Shown here: in pieces, positions 11,695 to 24,705 of the stretch | Numbering within the stretch: position 1 is the stretch's first letter | Layout of the letters: each line of letters starts with the position of its first letter | From: Betaproteobacteria bacterium | GTDB taxonomy: Bacteria > Pseudomonadota > Gammaproteobacteria > Burkholderiales > Methylophilaceae | Length of the DNA stretch: 64,000 bases | Direction of reading: 5' to 3' | Assembly (NCBI GenBank): GCA_016867975.1 | Contig: VGIC01000004.1 | Span: 11,252-75,251 of the forward strand | The notes under the pieces: model-generated | Told to the model about the DNA's origin: nothing | Database searches by the model: none | Seen by the model: only the letters and a program-made list of their open reading frames with translations | Made by a program: the position numbers and the translations under genes

Positions 11695-13143
11695 ATGTTA
11701 GAAAAAAAAGAGAGAGCTTCCTCAAACACAAAAGCTGGCGTCTCAGATGATGCCGCTGTTATCAATCTTTATGCCGCTTCAGACAAGATATACCCGCGCA
11801 GCACATCTGGTTTTTTTACCCAATGGCGCTGGGTCATGATCTGGATGACCCAACTTTTCTTCTACGGTATGCCGTGGCTAGAATGGGGACAGCGTCAAGC
11901 ACTGCTATTTGACTTGGAAGCTCGCCGCTTCTATATCTTCAATCTGGTGCTGTATCCGCAAGATCTTATCTACCTGACCGCAATTCTGATTATTTCCGCG
12001 TTATCGCTGTTTCTATTCACCACGGTCGCAGGGCGCCTGTGGTGTGGTTACACTTGCCCGCAGACGGTCTACACCGAGATATTTCTCTGGATAGAGACCA
12101 AGGTCGAGGGGGATCGTGCCGCACGTATGAAGCTTGATGATGGCGAGCTATCGGTGAAGAAATTTGCCTCCAAGGTCACAAAACATCTGATCTGGGTTGC
12201 GTTTGCACTATGGACCGGCTTTAGTTTTGTTGGATACTTCACCCCCATCCGCGAGCTGGGAATATCTGTGACTAACCTCAGCTTGGGTCCATGGGAGACA
12301 TTCTGGGTGCTGTTCTACGGATTTGCCACCTATGGTAATGCAGGCTTTATGCGAGAGCAGGTCTGTAAATACATGTGCCCCTATGCGCGGTTCCAAAGCG
12401 CGATGTTCGATGATGACACCTTGATCGTCACGTATGACGAGCAACGCGGCGAACCTCGCGGAAAAGTGTCTCGCAAAGGAGACTTGAACACCACCAGTCA
12501 GGGCGCCTGCATTGATTGCAGCCTATGCGTTCAAGTGTGCCCAACCGGCATTGATATTCGCAAAGGGCTACAATATGAATGTATCGGCTGTGGCGCATGT
12601 GCAGATATCTGCGATACCGTGATGGACAAAGTCCACTCACCGCGCGGTCTGATCAGATACTCCACTCAAAACGCTGTCAGAAACGGGTGGTCACGCAATG
12701 AGATGTTGCGTCGCATCGCACGACCACGCGTCATGATCTATACCGGATTACTGATGATATTGACCATCGCCACCATCACCAGCCTGATCTTGCGACCGAC
12801 ATTCAAGGTAAATGTCATCCGTGATCGAGGCGTCATGGCACGTCTGGCTGAAGGCGGCATGCTGGAGAATGTGTATCGTCTGCAAATCATGAACGCCACA
12901 GAAACCCGGCAACATTATCAAATCAGTGCCAACGGTTTAGATAAGCTGGTACTGCAATCGGATGTCAATGATGCGCAAGGCACGGTAGCCGTTAATCCGG
13001 CTCAGTTGCGTTCGATTCCCGTGCGACTACAGATCCCAGACGGCACGAAGCCATCAGGCTCGCACCCTGTTAAGTTCAGCGTGAAATCAATTGAGCAGAA
13101 TGAGACCTTGGTCGAGAAGTCGGTGTTCCTCGTGCCGAGATAA
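11695..13143 (+). CDS. ccoG: Cytochrome c oxidase accessory protein CcoG/FixG (membrane 4Fe-4S protein)
   Basis: CGYTCPQ, CKYMCPY, CIDCSLCVQVCP and CIGCGACADIC motifs; C-terminal Ig-like FixG domain. Confidence 0.92.
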   Translation: MLEKKERASSNTKAGVSDDAAVINLYAASDKIYPRSTSGFFTQWRWVMIWMTQLFFYGMPWLEWGQRQALLFDLEARRFYIFNLVLYPQDLIYLTAILIISALSLFLFTTVAGRLWCGYTCPQTVYTEIFLWIETKVEGDRAARMKLDDGELSVKKFASKVTKHLIWVAFALWTGFSFVGYFTPIRELGISVTNLSLGPWETFWVLFYGFATYGNAGFMREQVCKYMCPYARFQSAMFDDDTLIVTYDEQRGEPRGKVSRKGDLNTTSQGACIDCSLCVQVCPTGIDIRKGLQYECIGCGACADICDTVMDKVHSPRGLIRYSTQNAVRNGWSRNEMLRRIARPRVMIYTGLLMILTIATITSLILRPTFKVNVIRDRGVMARLAEGGMLENVYRLQIMNATETRQHYQISANGLDKLVLQSDVNDAQGTVAVNPAQLRSIPVRLQIPDGTKPSGSHPVKFSVKSIEQNETLVEKSVFLVPR

Positions 13144-13171
13144 TGAGCTTAATCCCAAGTGCTGGGCTACT

Positions 13172-15781
13172 TTACCCCAAAAGGCTCTTTAACTGGTATA
13201 AAAAATCCAGCGCCTGCTTCGGCGTCAGGTCATCCGCCTGCATCGATTCTAATGCCGAGATCACAGGATGCTGAGGCAACTCATCCACCTGCTCATTTGC
13301 CACAAACATATCCGCTTGTGGTGAATGGGCAGGCTCTTGTAGCAACTGACTCACCTCTAGCTGTGCTAACTTACGCTTTGCCGCTGCAATCACCGGCTTA
13401 GGGATGCCGGCAAGTTGCGCCACTTGCAGACCATAGCTCTGATTCGCCGCCCCCTCTTCCACCTTGTGCATAAAGACAATGCTATTGCCATGCTCGATCG
13501 CATCGAGATGCACATTAGCGGCATATTTAAATTCATCGACGATACGTGTTAGCTCGAAATAGTGCGTGGCAAACAGCGTGTAAGCACGATTCTTTTCCAG
13601 TAGTTGCTTAGCCACCGCCCACGCCAAACTCAGGCCATCAAACGTCGAGGTACCACGCCCGATCTCATCCAGTAGCACCAGACTCTTGTCAGTGGCATTA
13701 TGCAGAATATTGGCTGTTTCTGTCATTTCCACCATAAAGGTTGAACGACCACCCGCCAAGTCGTCAGATGCGCCTATTCGCGTCATGATGCGATCTATTT
13801 CACCTATTTTTGCCGATGTTGCAGGCACATAGCAGCCAGAATAGGCCAACAACACAATCAAGGCTGTCTGACGCATAAAAGTGGATTTACCCCCCATATT
13901 AGGGCCGGTAATCAGCAACAACTGTCGGTACGGATTCAGTGTCACATCGTTCGCAATAAAAGGTTGCCCTGAGGTCGCAACAGAGATCTGCTCAACGACA
14001 GGATGGCGACCGTGAACAATCTCGACACCCGCTTCAGCAGTGAATTGCGGCGCAACGTAGTTTAAACTCTCGGCACGCTCTGCAAAGCAGCACAACACAT
14101 CCAGCATAGCGACCGCCCCTGCATTGTTCTGCAAAGATTCGATAAACTCTGCCAGCGCCACCAGCACTTGCTCGTACAGCATCTTTTCACGCGCCAGCGC
14201 ACGCTCATTGGCACTCAACACTTTGTCTTCAAAGGCTTTAAGCTCCGGCGTGATAAAGCGCTCCACATTTTTCAGTGTCTGACGTCGCCTGTATTCCGGC
14301 GGAGCACTTTCTGCCTGTGTGCGACTCATCTCGATATAAAAACCATGCACACTGTTGTACTCGACTTTTAGATTGGCAATGCCAGTGCGCGCTTTTTCCG
14401 CCGCCTCGAATTGAAGCAAAAAGTCACCATGATTAGTCTGAATCGCTCGCAATTCATCAAGCTCACGATCATAACCATCCGCGATCACACCCCCCTCGCG
14501 CAACACAACACTGGGTTCTGTCTTAATGGCACGGCGCAATATATCCAGCACGGGTTCTGGCGCAAGCAAACTTATTGTGAGTGTTTGCAACAATGCCGCT
14601 TGCAACCCAGTCAGCTGGCTTTGCAATTCCGGCAACTGCTGTAAGCTTAAATGCAGCGCAGATAAATCTCTGGGCCGCGCGGTTTTTAACGCCACGCGTG
14701 CGGTGATGCGCTCAATATCAGCGATTGACCGCAATCCCTTTCTGACAGCGTCATATTTCTTACTGCATATCAAATCGCCAACGGCCTCGTGACGCTGACT
14801 GACCTGATGCCGATCCTGCAATGGATGGTGCAGACAATGCCTGAGCAATCGTGCGCCCATCGCCGTGTATGTGGTATTCAGTAGCGAGTACAAGGTCGGA
14901 CTTGCCTCCCCCCGTAATGTCACATCGATCTCCAGATTACGGCGCGTCGCTGCATCCAGCTGTAAGTAGGCGCTGGTTGATTCCACTATGAGCGCATTGA
15001 TATGGGGCAACGTAGTTCTCTGTGTATGTTTCACATAATCGAGTAACGCACCCGCCGCACAGATCGCGGGCTTAAGGTCCGCGCAGCCGAACCCATTCAA
15101 ATCATAGGTATTGAATTGCTTGGTCAACGTTTGGAATGCACTGTCAAAATCAAACTGCCAGGAGCTGAGTCGTTTTTTAGCAACTTTGCTACTGGTGATC
15201 GCGGCATGTTGAAAATCATCTGCCAGCAATATCTCACTGGGGGTGATACGCTCAATTTCATGCCCCAGCATCCCCACCGCAATCTCGCTCAAAACAAATC
15301 GGCCGGAGGCAAGATTGAGCCGCGCCAAGCCAATCACCCCCTCGGCTTGAAAGAGACTTAATAATGGATAGTCACGCGATTCATCCAGCAAGGCCGCATC
15401 GGTGAGCGTACCCGGGGTCAATATTCTAGTCACCTCGCGCGCTACCGGTCCCTTGCTGGTCGCAGGGTCGCCGACTTGCTCGCAGATCACCACCGCCTCC
15501 CCTAGCTTAGCCAGCTTAGCCAGATAACCCTCAGCAGCATGATACGGCACACCCGCCATTTTGATGGGCTGACCATTGCTACTGCCACGCTGTGTCAGTG
15601 TAATGCCGAGCAACTTGGCAGCCTTTTCAGCATCGTCAAAGAACAGCTCGTAAAAGTCCCCCATGCGATAGAACAACAACATATCGGGATGCTGTGCTTT
15701 TAGCCCAAGATACTGACGCATCATGGGCGTATGGTTTTCCACGTCAGCTACATTGACGTGGCTATTCTGCTGTGTTGTCAT
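13172..15781 (-). CDS. mutS: DNA mismatch repair protein MutS
   Basis: [35 protein letters not shown] and YGLQVA motifs. Confidence 0.98.
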   Translation of the reverse strand: MTTQQNSHVNVADVENHTPMMRQYLGLKAQHPDMLLFYRMGDFYELFFDDAEKAAKLLGITLTQRGSSNGQPIKMAGVPYHAAEGYLAKLAKLGEAVVICEQVGDPATSKGPVAREVTRILTPGTLTDAALLDESRDYPLLSLFQAEGVIGLARLNLASGRFVLSEIAVGMLGHEIERITPSEILLADDFQHAAITSSKVAKKRLSSWQFDFDSAFQTLTKQFNTYDLNGFGCADLKPAICAAGALLDYVKHTQRTTLPHINALIVESTSAYLQLDAATRRNLEIDVTLRGEASPTLYSLLNTTYTAMGARLLRHCLHHPLQDRHQVSQRHEAVGDLICSKKYDAVRKGLRSIADIERITARVALKTARPRDLSALHLSLQQLPELQSQLTGLQAALLQTLTISLLAPEPVLDILRRAIKTEPSVVLREGGVIADGYDRELDELRAIQTNHGDFLLQFEAAEKARTGIANLKVEYNSVHGFYIEMSRTQAESAPPEYRRRQTLKNVERFITPELKAFEDKVLSANERALAREKMLYEQVLVALAEFIESLQNNAGAVAMLDVLCCFAERAESLNYVAPQFTAEAGVEIVHGRHPVVEQISVATSGQPFIANDVTLNPYRQLLLITGPNMGGKSTFMRQTALIVLLAYSGCYVPATSAKIGEIDRIMTRIGASDDLAGGRSTFMVEMTETANILHNATDKSLVLLDEIGRGTSTFDGLSLAWAVAKQLLEKNRAYTLFATHYFELTRIVDEFKYAANVHLDAIEHGNSIVFMHKVEEGAANQSYGLQVAQLAGIPKPVIAAAKRKLAQLEVSQLLQEPAHSPQADMFVANEQVDELPQHPVISALESMQADDLTPKQALDFLYQLKSLLG

Positions 15782-15850
15782 TCAGTCGTTCACACGTTTT
15801 AAAGTGAGGGTATTTTAACCCAACTGAAACTCTCCAACACGAATGAAGTG

Positions 15851-17790
<1,940 letters not shown>

Positions 17791-17799
17791 TTTTTACTC

Positions 17800-18192
17800 C
17801 TACAACCTTGTCTGCGCCGTCTGCAACCCATCGCTAACCCACGCATTGATACCCCCAGTCAGATTATATACCTGAGTAAATCCTGCCATCTGCAATTTGA
17901 TGGCGGCTTTAGCTGAACGTTTACCACTACGGCACTGCACGATGACCGAGCTATGTTTATATTGAGCGAGTTCGCTCAATCTTTGCTCCACCTGTGCAAG
18001 CGGGATATGAATCGCACCCGTAATATGTTGCGCCTGCCACTCATCTAATTCGCGAACATCGAGAATAATCGCTTCTTTACTGGCAACCATTGATGCTGCC
18101 TGCCTAGGGGAAACTGACGCCAACTCTGAAGAGCAAGCAGATAAAAATACTGATCCAATTAACGCCAAACTGACAGTACAGTTTTTAAACAT
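17800..18192 (-). CDS. Single-domain rhodanese (sulfurtransferase) lipoprotein
   Basis: Lipobox FLSA-C; LDVRE..EW...HITGA; active-site loop CRSGKRS; NLTGGINAW. Confidence 0.9.
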   Translation of the reverse strand: MFKNCTVSLALIGSVFLSACSSELASVSPRQAASMVASKEAIILDVRELDEWQAQHITGAIHIPLAQVEQRLSELAQYKHSSVIVQCRSGKRSAKAAIKLQMAGFTQVYNLTGGINAWVSDGLQTAQTRL

Positions 18193-18211
18193 GCCACTTC
18201 CCTTTTATTCA

Positions 18212-19612
18212 TCAATGAAAGATCTGGTTGATTTCCTGTAACCGTGGTTCGTCCAACTCTCCTGCCGCCGCAGAAAGATTAAGCAATGCCTGCAGCGTCT
18301 GGTATTTGCTGCGTGACAATGCAAGGCGGGTATTGTGCAACTCCTGCTCAGAATTCAGGACATCGAGCGTGGTGCGGTCACCCACATCGCGGCCTAATCG
18401 GGTTGAATCAAGCTTCACCTGTGCCGAATGTAACGCTTGTTCCAATGCCTTCACCTGACCCTGACCAACGGTCACTGCCATCCAGGCAGATCTTGCACTC
18501 TGCGCTACCTGCTGACGTGCAGAATCAGTCTGACTGCGCGATTTTTCTTCTAAAGCCAGCGCTTCCTGATATTTTGCATCGCGCATACCGCTACTGTAGA
18601 GCGGAATGGTCAACTGTACACCAAGACTCAGCTGCCGATTGGTCACATCAGCATCGCTGCCTATCAACCCCTGCAGACGCTCACCTCCCGCCTGCGCAAC
18701 CAGATTCACCGTCGGTGAGTATTTTGACTGAAACTTCTCGCTTTCAACCTGCGCGATTTCCTGCTGCAATTGCTGTGCATGCACCTGTGGATGATTAGTT
18801 TGTGCACGCGCCAGCCAGCTTTGCAAATCGCCATTCATATAGCGCTTGAAATCCACCTGATCAGTCATCTGCGCCAACCCTGCATCCTGATTGCCTGAGA
18901 AATCAGCCAATATCGCGCGACTAAGCTGCACATTACTTTCGGCCTCCATTATCTGTGAGCTCAGCATGTCATAACGCGCCTGCGTTTCATGCGTATCAAT
19001 GATGGCGGCATCCCCTTCTTTATAACGCGCCTGCGCACTCTCTAATGCCTTGGCCACCGCCAGTTGCTGCACCTTTACCGCAACAAGCGCGTCTGTAGCC
19101 AGCAGTGCATCAAAATAGGCCTGCGCCACACGCAGGATTAATTGTTGCGACTCTGCCTTCAACTGCACCTCCGCAAGTCTGGCCTGCTTGCTCAACTGGG
19201 TTGCCGAACTCGTACGAACCGCATCATACAGCGGCAACTCCGCACGCAGATTCAGATTCAAATCCAGACCACCATCCGTCTTGGTGCGAAAATCCGTTGT
19301 GCCTCCTGTACCGGAAGAGCCGCCGCCAAACTGTGCATTGGAAAATTGCGCATTGGCAATCTTGTTATCGCTACTTACTCCAGCCACGCCTGCATTCAAT
19401 GTTACTTGGGGACCTTTTAGCGCCGAGGCCTGCATGTTTTTTGTACGGCCAGCTTCAGCGGATGCTCTCGCAGAAGCAAAGGCAGGATCTTGCGTAAGCG
19501 CCAATCGCCAGGCTTCTAATAAATCCAAGGCCTGCACCTGACCTGAAACTAAGGTCAACAGCAAAAGGGTGCCACATATCAATGGTCGGGATGTCAATGA
19601 ACAAGTCCGCAT
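18212..19612 (-). CDS. TolC-family outer membrane efflux protein
   Basis: Signal peptide, LRVAQAYFD, LTIPLYSSG, RTTLDVLNSEQ. Start placed at the ATG at 19612, just after the DUF2892 stop. Confidence 0.9.
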   Translation of the reverse strand: MRTCSLTSRPLICGTLLLLTLVSGQVQALDLLEAWRLALTQDPAFASARASAEAGRTKNMQASALKGPQVTLNAGVAGVSSDNKIANAQFSNAQFGGGSSGTGGTTDFRTKTDGGLDLNLNLRAELPLYDAVRTSSATQLSKQARLAEVQLKAESQQLILRVAQAYFDALLATDALVAVKVQQLAVAKALESAQARYKEGDAAIIDTHETQARYDMLSSQIMEAESNVQLSRAILADFSGNQDAGLAQMTDQVDFKRYMNGDLQSWLARAQTNHPQVHAQQLQQEIAQVESEKFQSKYSPTVNLVAQAGGERLQGLIGSDADVTNRQLSLGVQLTIPLYSSGMRDAKYQEALALEEKSRSQTDSARQQVAQSARSAWMAVTVGQGQVKALEQALHSAQVKLDSTRLGRDVGDRTTLDVLNSEQELHNTRLALSRSKYQTLQALLNLSAAAGELDEPRLQEINQIFH

Positions 19613-19613
19613 A

Positions 19614-19823
19614 TCAGCAGCCAGCACGCACACCCAGTTTACGCAGGATATTTTCCATCAGACACCAGCCGGTAAAGCCACTTTGCAAAAGATTAACTCC
19701 CACAAAGGCCGTGAAGTAGAGCCAGTAGTGGCTCACAAAGAACGGACTTTCTGCCACGCCAAGCGCCAATGAAAGCAGAATAAAAAATCCAGCCATTACA
19801 CGAACAAATCTCCATGAAGTCAT
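19614..19823 (-). CDS. DUF2892 (YgaP-like) small membrane protein
   Basis: Two TM helices; VGVNLLQSGFTGWCL motif with the conserved Cys; C-terminal Cys. Confidence 0.85.
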   Translation of the reverse strand: MTSWRFVRVMAGFFILLSLALGVAESPFFVSHYWLYFTAFVGVNLLQSGFTGWCLMENILRKLGVRAGC

Positions 19824-19835
19824 ATCTAATTTCTC

Positions 19836-22800
19836 CTAATTAACATTCTGTTCAGCATATTTGTGACGGTAAGCCACAAAATAAAGCAACGGGATTACGA
19901 CCAGCGTCAGCACAGTCGAGACAAAAATACCAAAGATCAGCGAGATCGCCAGACCGTTAAAAATCGGGTCATCCAGAATAAAGAACGCACCTAGCATAGC
20001 CGACAAGGCCGTCAGCATAATAGGCTGTGCTCGGGTAATTGCCGAGTTTACCACCGCTTCTTTGAACGACTTGCCCAATGTGACTTCGAGATTAATAAAA
20101 TCCACCAGCAAAATAGAATTTCTGACAATTATCCCTGCCAATGCGATCATGCCAATCATTGAAGTAGCGGTAAATTGCGAGCCCAGTAATACATGTCCAG
20201 GCATCACCCCAATAATGGTCAGCGGAATCGGCGCCATGATGATCAGCGGGGTCAGATATGAACCAAACTGCGCGACCACCAACAGGTAAATCAATATCAA
20301 GCCTACCGCATAAGCCGCGCCCATGTCGCGGAAGGTTTCGTAAGTCACCTGCCACTCGCCATCCCATTTTATGGCATAGCTACGCTGAGTGCCTTCAGGC
20401 TGCTGAATAAAATATTCGCCTAGTGAGTCGCCACCAGGTACCGCTATTTTTGACACGTCCGAGCGCATGCCGAACATGCCGTATAACGGGCTATCCAGCT
20501 TACCAGCCATATCTCCCACCACATAATTGACCGGCAGCAGATCTTTATGAAAAATAGGTTGTTCGCGCTGATCCTCACGAATCAGTACAAGCTCACGTAT
20601 CGGCACCAGCTTGCCAGAAGATGTGGTCACTGAAAGTTTGAGCAAATCATCTGTATCGCCTTGCGATGCCACTGGTAAACTCAGGCGTGTCGCTGTTGGA
20701 TATTTGCTCTCATCATGCAAATAGGTCACCTCTTCTCCGGAAAGCCCTGCTCGTAAGGTACTGACAATCGCGGCCTGCGGCACGCCAAGCAATGCAGCTT
20801 TTTTCTTGTCCACTTCCAGAAAGATTCTTTTCGCATCTGCGATACTGCTGTCATCCGTATCAACAACACCTGCGGTACGCTCAAACACTTGCCGCACCTG
20901 TCTAGCCAAGCGTGTTCTGTCAGCATCATCCGGACCGTAGATCTCTGCAACAATTGGCGAAATCACTGGTGGTCCTGGCGGCACCTCGACCACTTTTACT
21001 TTAGCGCCAAGATTAAGTGCGATTTTCTGCAGTGCAGGGCGCATGCGGCTTGCAATTTCATGGCTTTGTTCGCTGCGATGATGCTTGTCGACCAGATTAA
21101 CCTGAATATCGCCAACTTCGCCACCGCTCCTCAAATAGTACTGACGGACCAAGCCATTAAAATTGATGGGGGCAGAAAATCCAACATAAGCCTGATAATT
21201 CGTCACCTCCGGCACAGTATTAAGATAGGCTGTCATCGCATGCAATACTGTTGCTGTTTTCTCTGGCGGCGTGCCAACAGGCATATCGACCACCACCTGA
21301 AACTCAGATTTATTATCAAACGGCAGCATCTTCATCACCACCAGCTGCGCAACTGGCAAAACTAATGAAATCAAAATCAATCCCAGCACAGCCAAGCTTA
21401 ATTTTCGTCGATTCTTCTTGCCACCTGCATCACGCAGGAATGGCGTAAAAATACGTGTAAAGACTGGCGCAATGCGTTTGGCCAGCGCATCCTCATGCTG
21501 GGCATGACGCAACCATATCCGCGATAACCAAGGGGTGATAATAAACGCAACGGCAAGAGAAATCAGCATCCCCATACTTGCGTTAATCGGGATTGGGCTC
21601 ATATACGGTCCCATCAAGCCACTGACGAAAGCCATAGGCAACAGTGCGGCAATCACCGTCAATGTAGCCAATATAGTTGGGCCACCGACCTCATCCACTG
21701 CCGCCGGAATAATTTCCGTCAGCGCTGCACTCGGCTTCAGCTTCATGTGCCGATGAATATTTTCCACCACCACAATCGCATCATCAACCAGAATCCCGAT
21801 AGAGAAAATCAGCGCAAACAAGGAGACTCGATTCAGCGTAAACCCCCACGCCCAAGATGCGAACAAAGTCGCGGTGAGCGTCAATATTACCGCTGCCCCC
21901 ACAATTGCGGCTTCCCGGCGCCCTAGTGCAACCAGCACCAGCAACACCACGGCCGAAGTGGCAAAAATCAGTTTTTGGATAAGCTTCTGCGCTTTTTCGT
22001 TGGCTGTTTCGCCATAGTTACGCGTGATCTTCACTTCCACGTCTGCAGGAATCAGCACATTCTTAAGGCTATCAATTTGCTTAATCACGGCATCAGAAAC
22101 TGCCACCGCATTCTGTCCTGGCTTTTTGGTCACACTTAATGTCACCGCAGGATACTCGGCGACGCTGCCCCCCTCCCCGTACCAGACAAATCGTTCTGCC
22201 GGCAATGGACCATCCGTTACTTCTGCCACTTCACCTAGATATACTGGCTGACCTGAGTGCAGTCCGACGACCAACTGGGCAACATCATCTGCATCTGCCA
22301 GATACTTACCCACCTCTACCGCAATCGCCTGATTGGCGTTGACCACTTCTCCCAAGGGGGCACCCAGATTCGCAGATTGCAATGCACTACGCAAATTTTC
22401 GATGGTGACGTTAGCCGATGCCATGCGTGCGGGATCCAGCATAATCTTTACCGCCCTGCCTGGCCCACCATGCGTCACGACTTCACGCGTACCTTTCACA
22501 TGCTTGATTTCTGCCTCCAGCGCATGTGCAACCCGCTCAAGTTCGTAAGCCCCCTGCTGATTGTTTTTTGTGTAGAGCGTCGCAGTCAGAATAGGCACAT
22601 CATCAATCCCTTTAGGTTTGACGATGGGTTCACCTACACCCAGGTTTTTCGGCAACCAGTCCTGATTAGACTGTATCGTGTTATACAGTCGCACCAATGC
22701 CTCGGTGCGCGGCACGCCTACTTCAAACTGTACGGTAATTACCGCCATACCCGGACGTGAAACTGAAGTCACATGCTCAATATCTGCAATTTGCGATAAC

Positions 22801-23039
22801 ACCTGCTCCGCTGGTACCGCAACCATCTGCTCAACATTTTTGGCAGATGCGCCTGGAAACGGAATGAGCACATTGGCCATCGTGACATTGATCTGCGGCT
22901 CTTCTTCACGCGGCGTCACCAGCAAGGCAAATAAGCCTAGCAGCAAAGCAATCAATGCAATCAAAGGCGTAATTTGTGCACTCTGGAAATATCTGGCGAT
23001 ACGTCCTGAAACACCTAAATTTTCTGCGTTATTGATCAT
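19836..23039 (-). CDS. RND efflux transporter permease (AcrB/AcrD/AcrF family)
   Basis: 1067 aa; two large periplasmic loops; ILVDDAIVVVENI and RAQPIMLTAL proton-relay motifs. Confidence 0.95.
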   Translation of the reverse strand: MINNAENLGVSGRIARYFQSAQITPLIALIALLLGLFALLVTPREEEPQINVTMANVLIPFPGASAKNVEQMVAVPAEQVLSQIADIEHVTSVSRPGMAVITVQFEVGVPRTEALVRLYNTIQSNQDWLPKNLGVGEPIVKPKGIDDVPILTATLYTKNNQQGAYELERVAHALEAEIKHVKGTREVVTHGGPGRAVKIMLDPARMASANVTIENLRSALQSANLGAPLGEVVNANQAIAVEVGKYLADADDVAQLVVGLHSGQPVYLGEVAEVTDGPLPAERFVWYGEGGSVAEYPAVTLSVTKKPGQNAVAVSDAVIKQIDSLKNVLIPADVEVKITRNYGETANEKAQKLIQKLIFATSAVVLLVLVALGRREAAIVGAAVILTLTATLFASWAWGFTLNRVSLFALIFSIGILVDDAIVVVENIHRHMKLKPSAALTEIIPAAVDEVGGPTILATLTVIAALLPMAFVSGLMGPYMSPIPINASMGMLISLAVAFIITPWLSRIWLRHAQHEDALAKRIAPVFTRIFTPFLRDAGGKKNRRKLSLAVLGLILISLVLPVAQLVVMKMLPFDNKSEFQVVVDMPVGTPPEKTATVLHAMTAYLNTVPEVTNYQAYVGFSAPINFNGLVRQYYLRSGGEVGDIQVNLVDKHHRSEQSHEIASRMRPALQKIALNLGAKVKVVEVPPGPPVISPIVAEIYGPDDADRTRLARQVRQVFERTAGVVDTDDSSIADAKRIFLEVDKKKAALLGVPQAAIVSTLRAGLSGEEVTYLHDESKYPTATRLSLPVASQGDTDDLLKLSVTTSSGKLVPIRELVLIREDQREQPIFHKDLLPVNYVVGDMAGKLDSPLYGMFGMRSDVSKIAVPGGDSLGEYFIQQPEGTQRSYAIKWDGEWQVTYETFRDMGAAYAVGLILIYLLVVAQFGSYLTPLIIMAPIPLTIIGVMPGHVLLGSQFTATSMIGMIALAGIIVRNSILLVDFINLEVTLGKSFKEAVVNSAITRAQPIMLTALSAMLGAFFILDDPIFNGLAISLIFGIFVSTVLTLVVIPLLYFVAYRHKYAEQNVN

Positions 23040-23054
23040 GTCAATTTAATGAAA

Positions 23055-24086
23055 TTACTTAAAGTTTGCTGCCGAGATAGGATCAAGTGCAATTTTTTCA
23101 CCGGCTTGCAAACCTGAAAAAACCTCAATGTTATCGCCCTGTTTTCGACCTAATCTTATCTGCCGTAACTGTGGCTGTCCTTTACTGTTCACCACATACA
23201 CGGCTGTTAACTCGCTACGTTTAACCACTGAGCTTGTCGGCACAATAATTTGAGGGGGTGCGTCACTCACAGCCACTGGCAACGCTGCACGTGCGAACAT
23301 GCCCGGACGCACGCTGGCAAGCCCTGGTGGCAAAGTCACACGAACCTTCACCATATTGCTCACCGCATCAGTTGTCGGTAATACTGTCACTTGTGTGCCT
23401 GTCAAACCACGCTCAGTTTCTATTGCAGCAGGAATCGACACCTGGATGCTTGTATCTTGCTTAATTTGTACTAACTGGCTCTGTGGCACATTCACGACTA
23501 CGCGTAACGCTTTGGGGTCATAAATAACCAATAGTGGCTTACCTGGCATCGCCATATCCCCCTGCTCAACGTTGACTTCAGCAACCAAGCCGGCATAAGG
23601 TGCATTAATAGTATGCAAACCAGTCTGCACATTAGCTGCACCTGTTTGTGCCAACTGCACTTTAGTTTGCGCCTCAGCTGCCTTGTAATCAGACTCTGCC
23701 CGCTCTAATGCCGCTTGACTGATATATTGTTTCTCATACAGGCGGCGTTTACGCTCAAACTCCTGACGCGCTGCATTCAACTGCGCATTGGCAGCCGTAA
23801 CCCGTGCCTGATTGGAGATTACTTGCTGATCGGCAATACGCATATCAATCCGTGCCAATAACTGCCCTGCTTTCACATAATCACCGGCTTTCACCGACAG
23901 TACGGTGATACTGCCTGCAACCTGTGGTGCAATTAAACTGGATTTAATCGCTTCAACCGTGCCTTCAGCTGTAACTGTCTGTGCCTGATGATGCGACTGT
24001 ATTGTCACCGTGGACAGCCCCGCCGCCCAAGCTACATTTAAACAGCCAGAAATTACCACCAACGCTATCAATAATGTTTTATTCAA
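23055..24086 (-). CDS. RND periplasmic adaptor (membrane fusion protein)
   Basis: APQVAGSI..VKAGDYVKAGQLL lipoyl motif, alpha-hairpin, INAPYAG, RPGMFAR. Confidence 0.92.
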   Translation of the reverse strand: MNKTLLIALVVISGCLNVAWAAGLSTVTIQSHHQAQTVTAEGTVEAIKSSLIAPQVAGSITVLSVKAGDYVKAGQLLARIDMRIADQQVISNQARVTAANAQLNAARQEFERKRRLYEKQYISQAALERAESDYKAAEAQTKVQLAQTGAANVQTGLHTINAPYAGLVAEVNVEQGDMAMPGKPLLVIYDPKALRVVVNVPQSQLVQIKQDTSIQVSIPAAIETERGLTGTQVTVLPTTDAVSNMVKVRVTLPPGLASVRPGMFARAALPVAVSDAPPQIIVPTSSVVKRSELTAVYVVNSKGQPQLRQIRLGRKQGDNIEVFSGLQAGEKIALDPISAANFK

Positions 24087-24127
24087 GTCATCCCCTATTT
24101 ACAAATTGCTTCTTTGACCAAAGTATG

Positions 24128-24155
24128 CATAATATATTACTGCATAGTTATATAG
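24128..24155. promoter_or_regulatory. Probable ArsR operator in the divergent arsR/efflux promoter
   Basis: CATAATATATTACTGCATAGTTATATAG, an imperfect palindrome between the two divergent starts; near-copy at 11642-11669. Confidence 0.65.
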
Positions 24156-24191
24156 TCAAACAATAAATTTTGTGTATAATGATTCTCGCAG

Positions 24192-24578
24192 ATGGACGAC
24201 GGATTTAATTTGATAGAAGAAAAAATGAGCGCATTGGATGACAGAGCACTTGAACATGTCGCCAGATACTTCAAAGCCTTGGCGGAGCCAATGCGATTAA
24301 AAGTATTAAGCGCCTTGCGGGACGGTGAAAGAAATGTTGGTGAGTTAACGGAAATCTCGGGCGGTTCACAAGCCAACGTGTCAAAACACCTGTCTTTGCT
24401 CACCCAATACGAATTAGTGAAACGGGAGTCTCGCGGCACTAGCGTGTATTATAAAATTGCCGACCCCAGCGTGTATACGCTGTGTGAATTAGTTTGCGGG
24501 CAAATCGGCAACCGATTGGCAGAGGCAGATGAAATCAAAAAACTGTTTTTACCCGACAACAAAAACAATTCAATATAG
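24192..24578 (+). CDS. ArsR/SmtB-family repressor with a C-terminal CxxxC
   Basis: FKALAEPMRLKVL, VGEL, SQANVSKHL winged HTH; only Cys are C98 and C102 (LCELVC). Confidence 0.92.
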   Translation: MDDGFNLIEEKMSALDDRALEHVARYFKALAEPMRLKVLSALRDGERNVGELTEISGGSQANVSKHLSLLTQYELVKRESRGTSVYYKIADPSVYTLCELVCGQIGNRLAEADEIKKLFLPDNKNNSI

Positions 24579-24617
24579 AGCCTCTTGCACAATAGCTGAA
24601 CAAAATGGTTTCAGCAG

Positions 24618-24647
24618 GAAAAATCTCACCCAAAGGTGAGATTTTTC
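24618..24647. terminator. Probable bidirectional terminator between arsR and suhB
   Basis: GAAAAATCTCACC-caaa-GGTGAGATTTTTC, a perfect 13-bp stem between convergent genes. Confidence 0.75.
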
Positions 24648-24705
24648 AATATCGGCGTGACCTGCCCCAAAAAGCCGATCCAATTTTTAAGTTAGTAAAA
24701 TCCGT

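Noticed and set aside
13159-13401. 80-aa plus-strand ORF and the many other short overlapping ORFs in the track
   Set aside because: Antisense or out-of-frame shadows of well-conserved genes, with no recognisable motifs.
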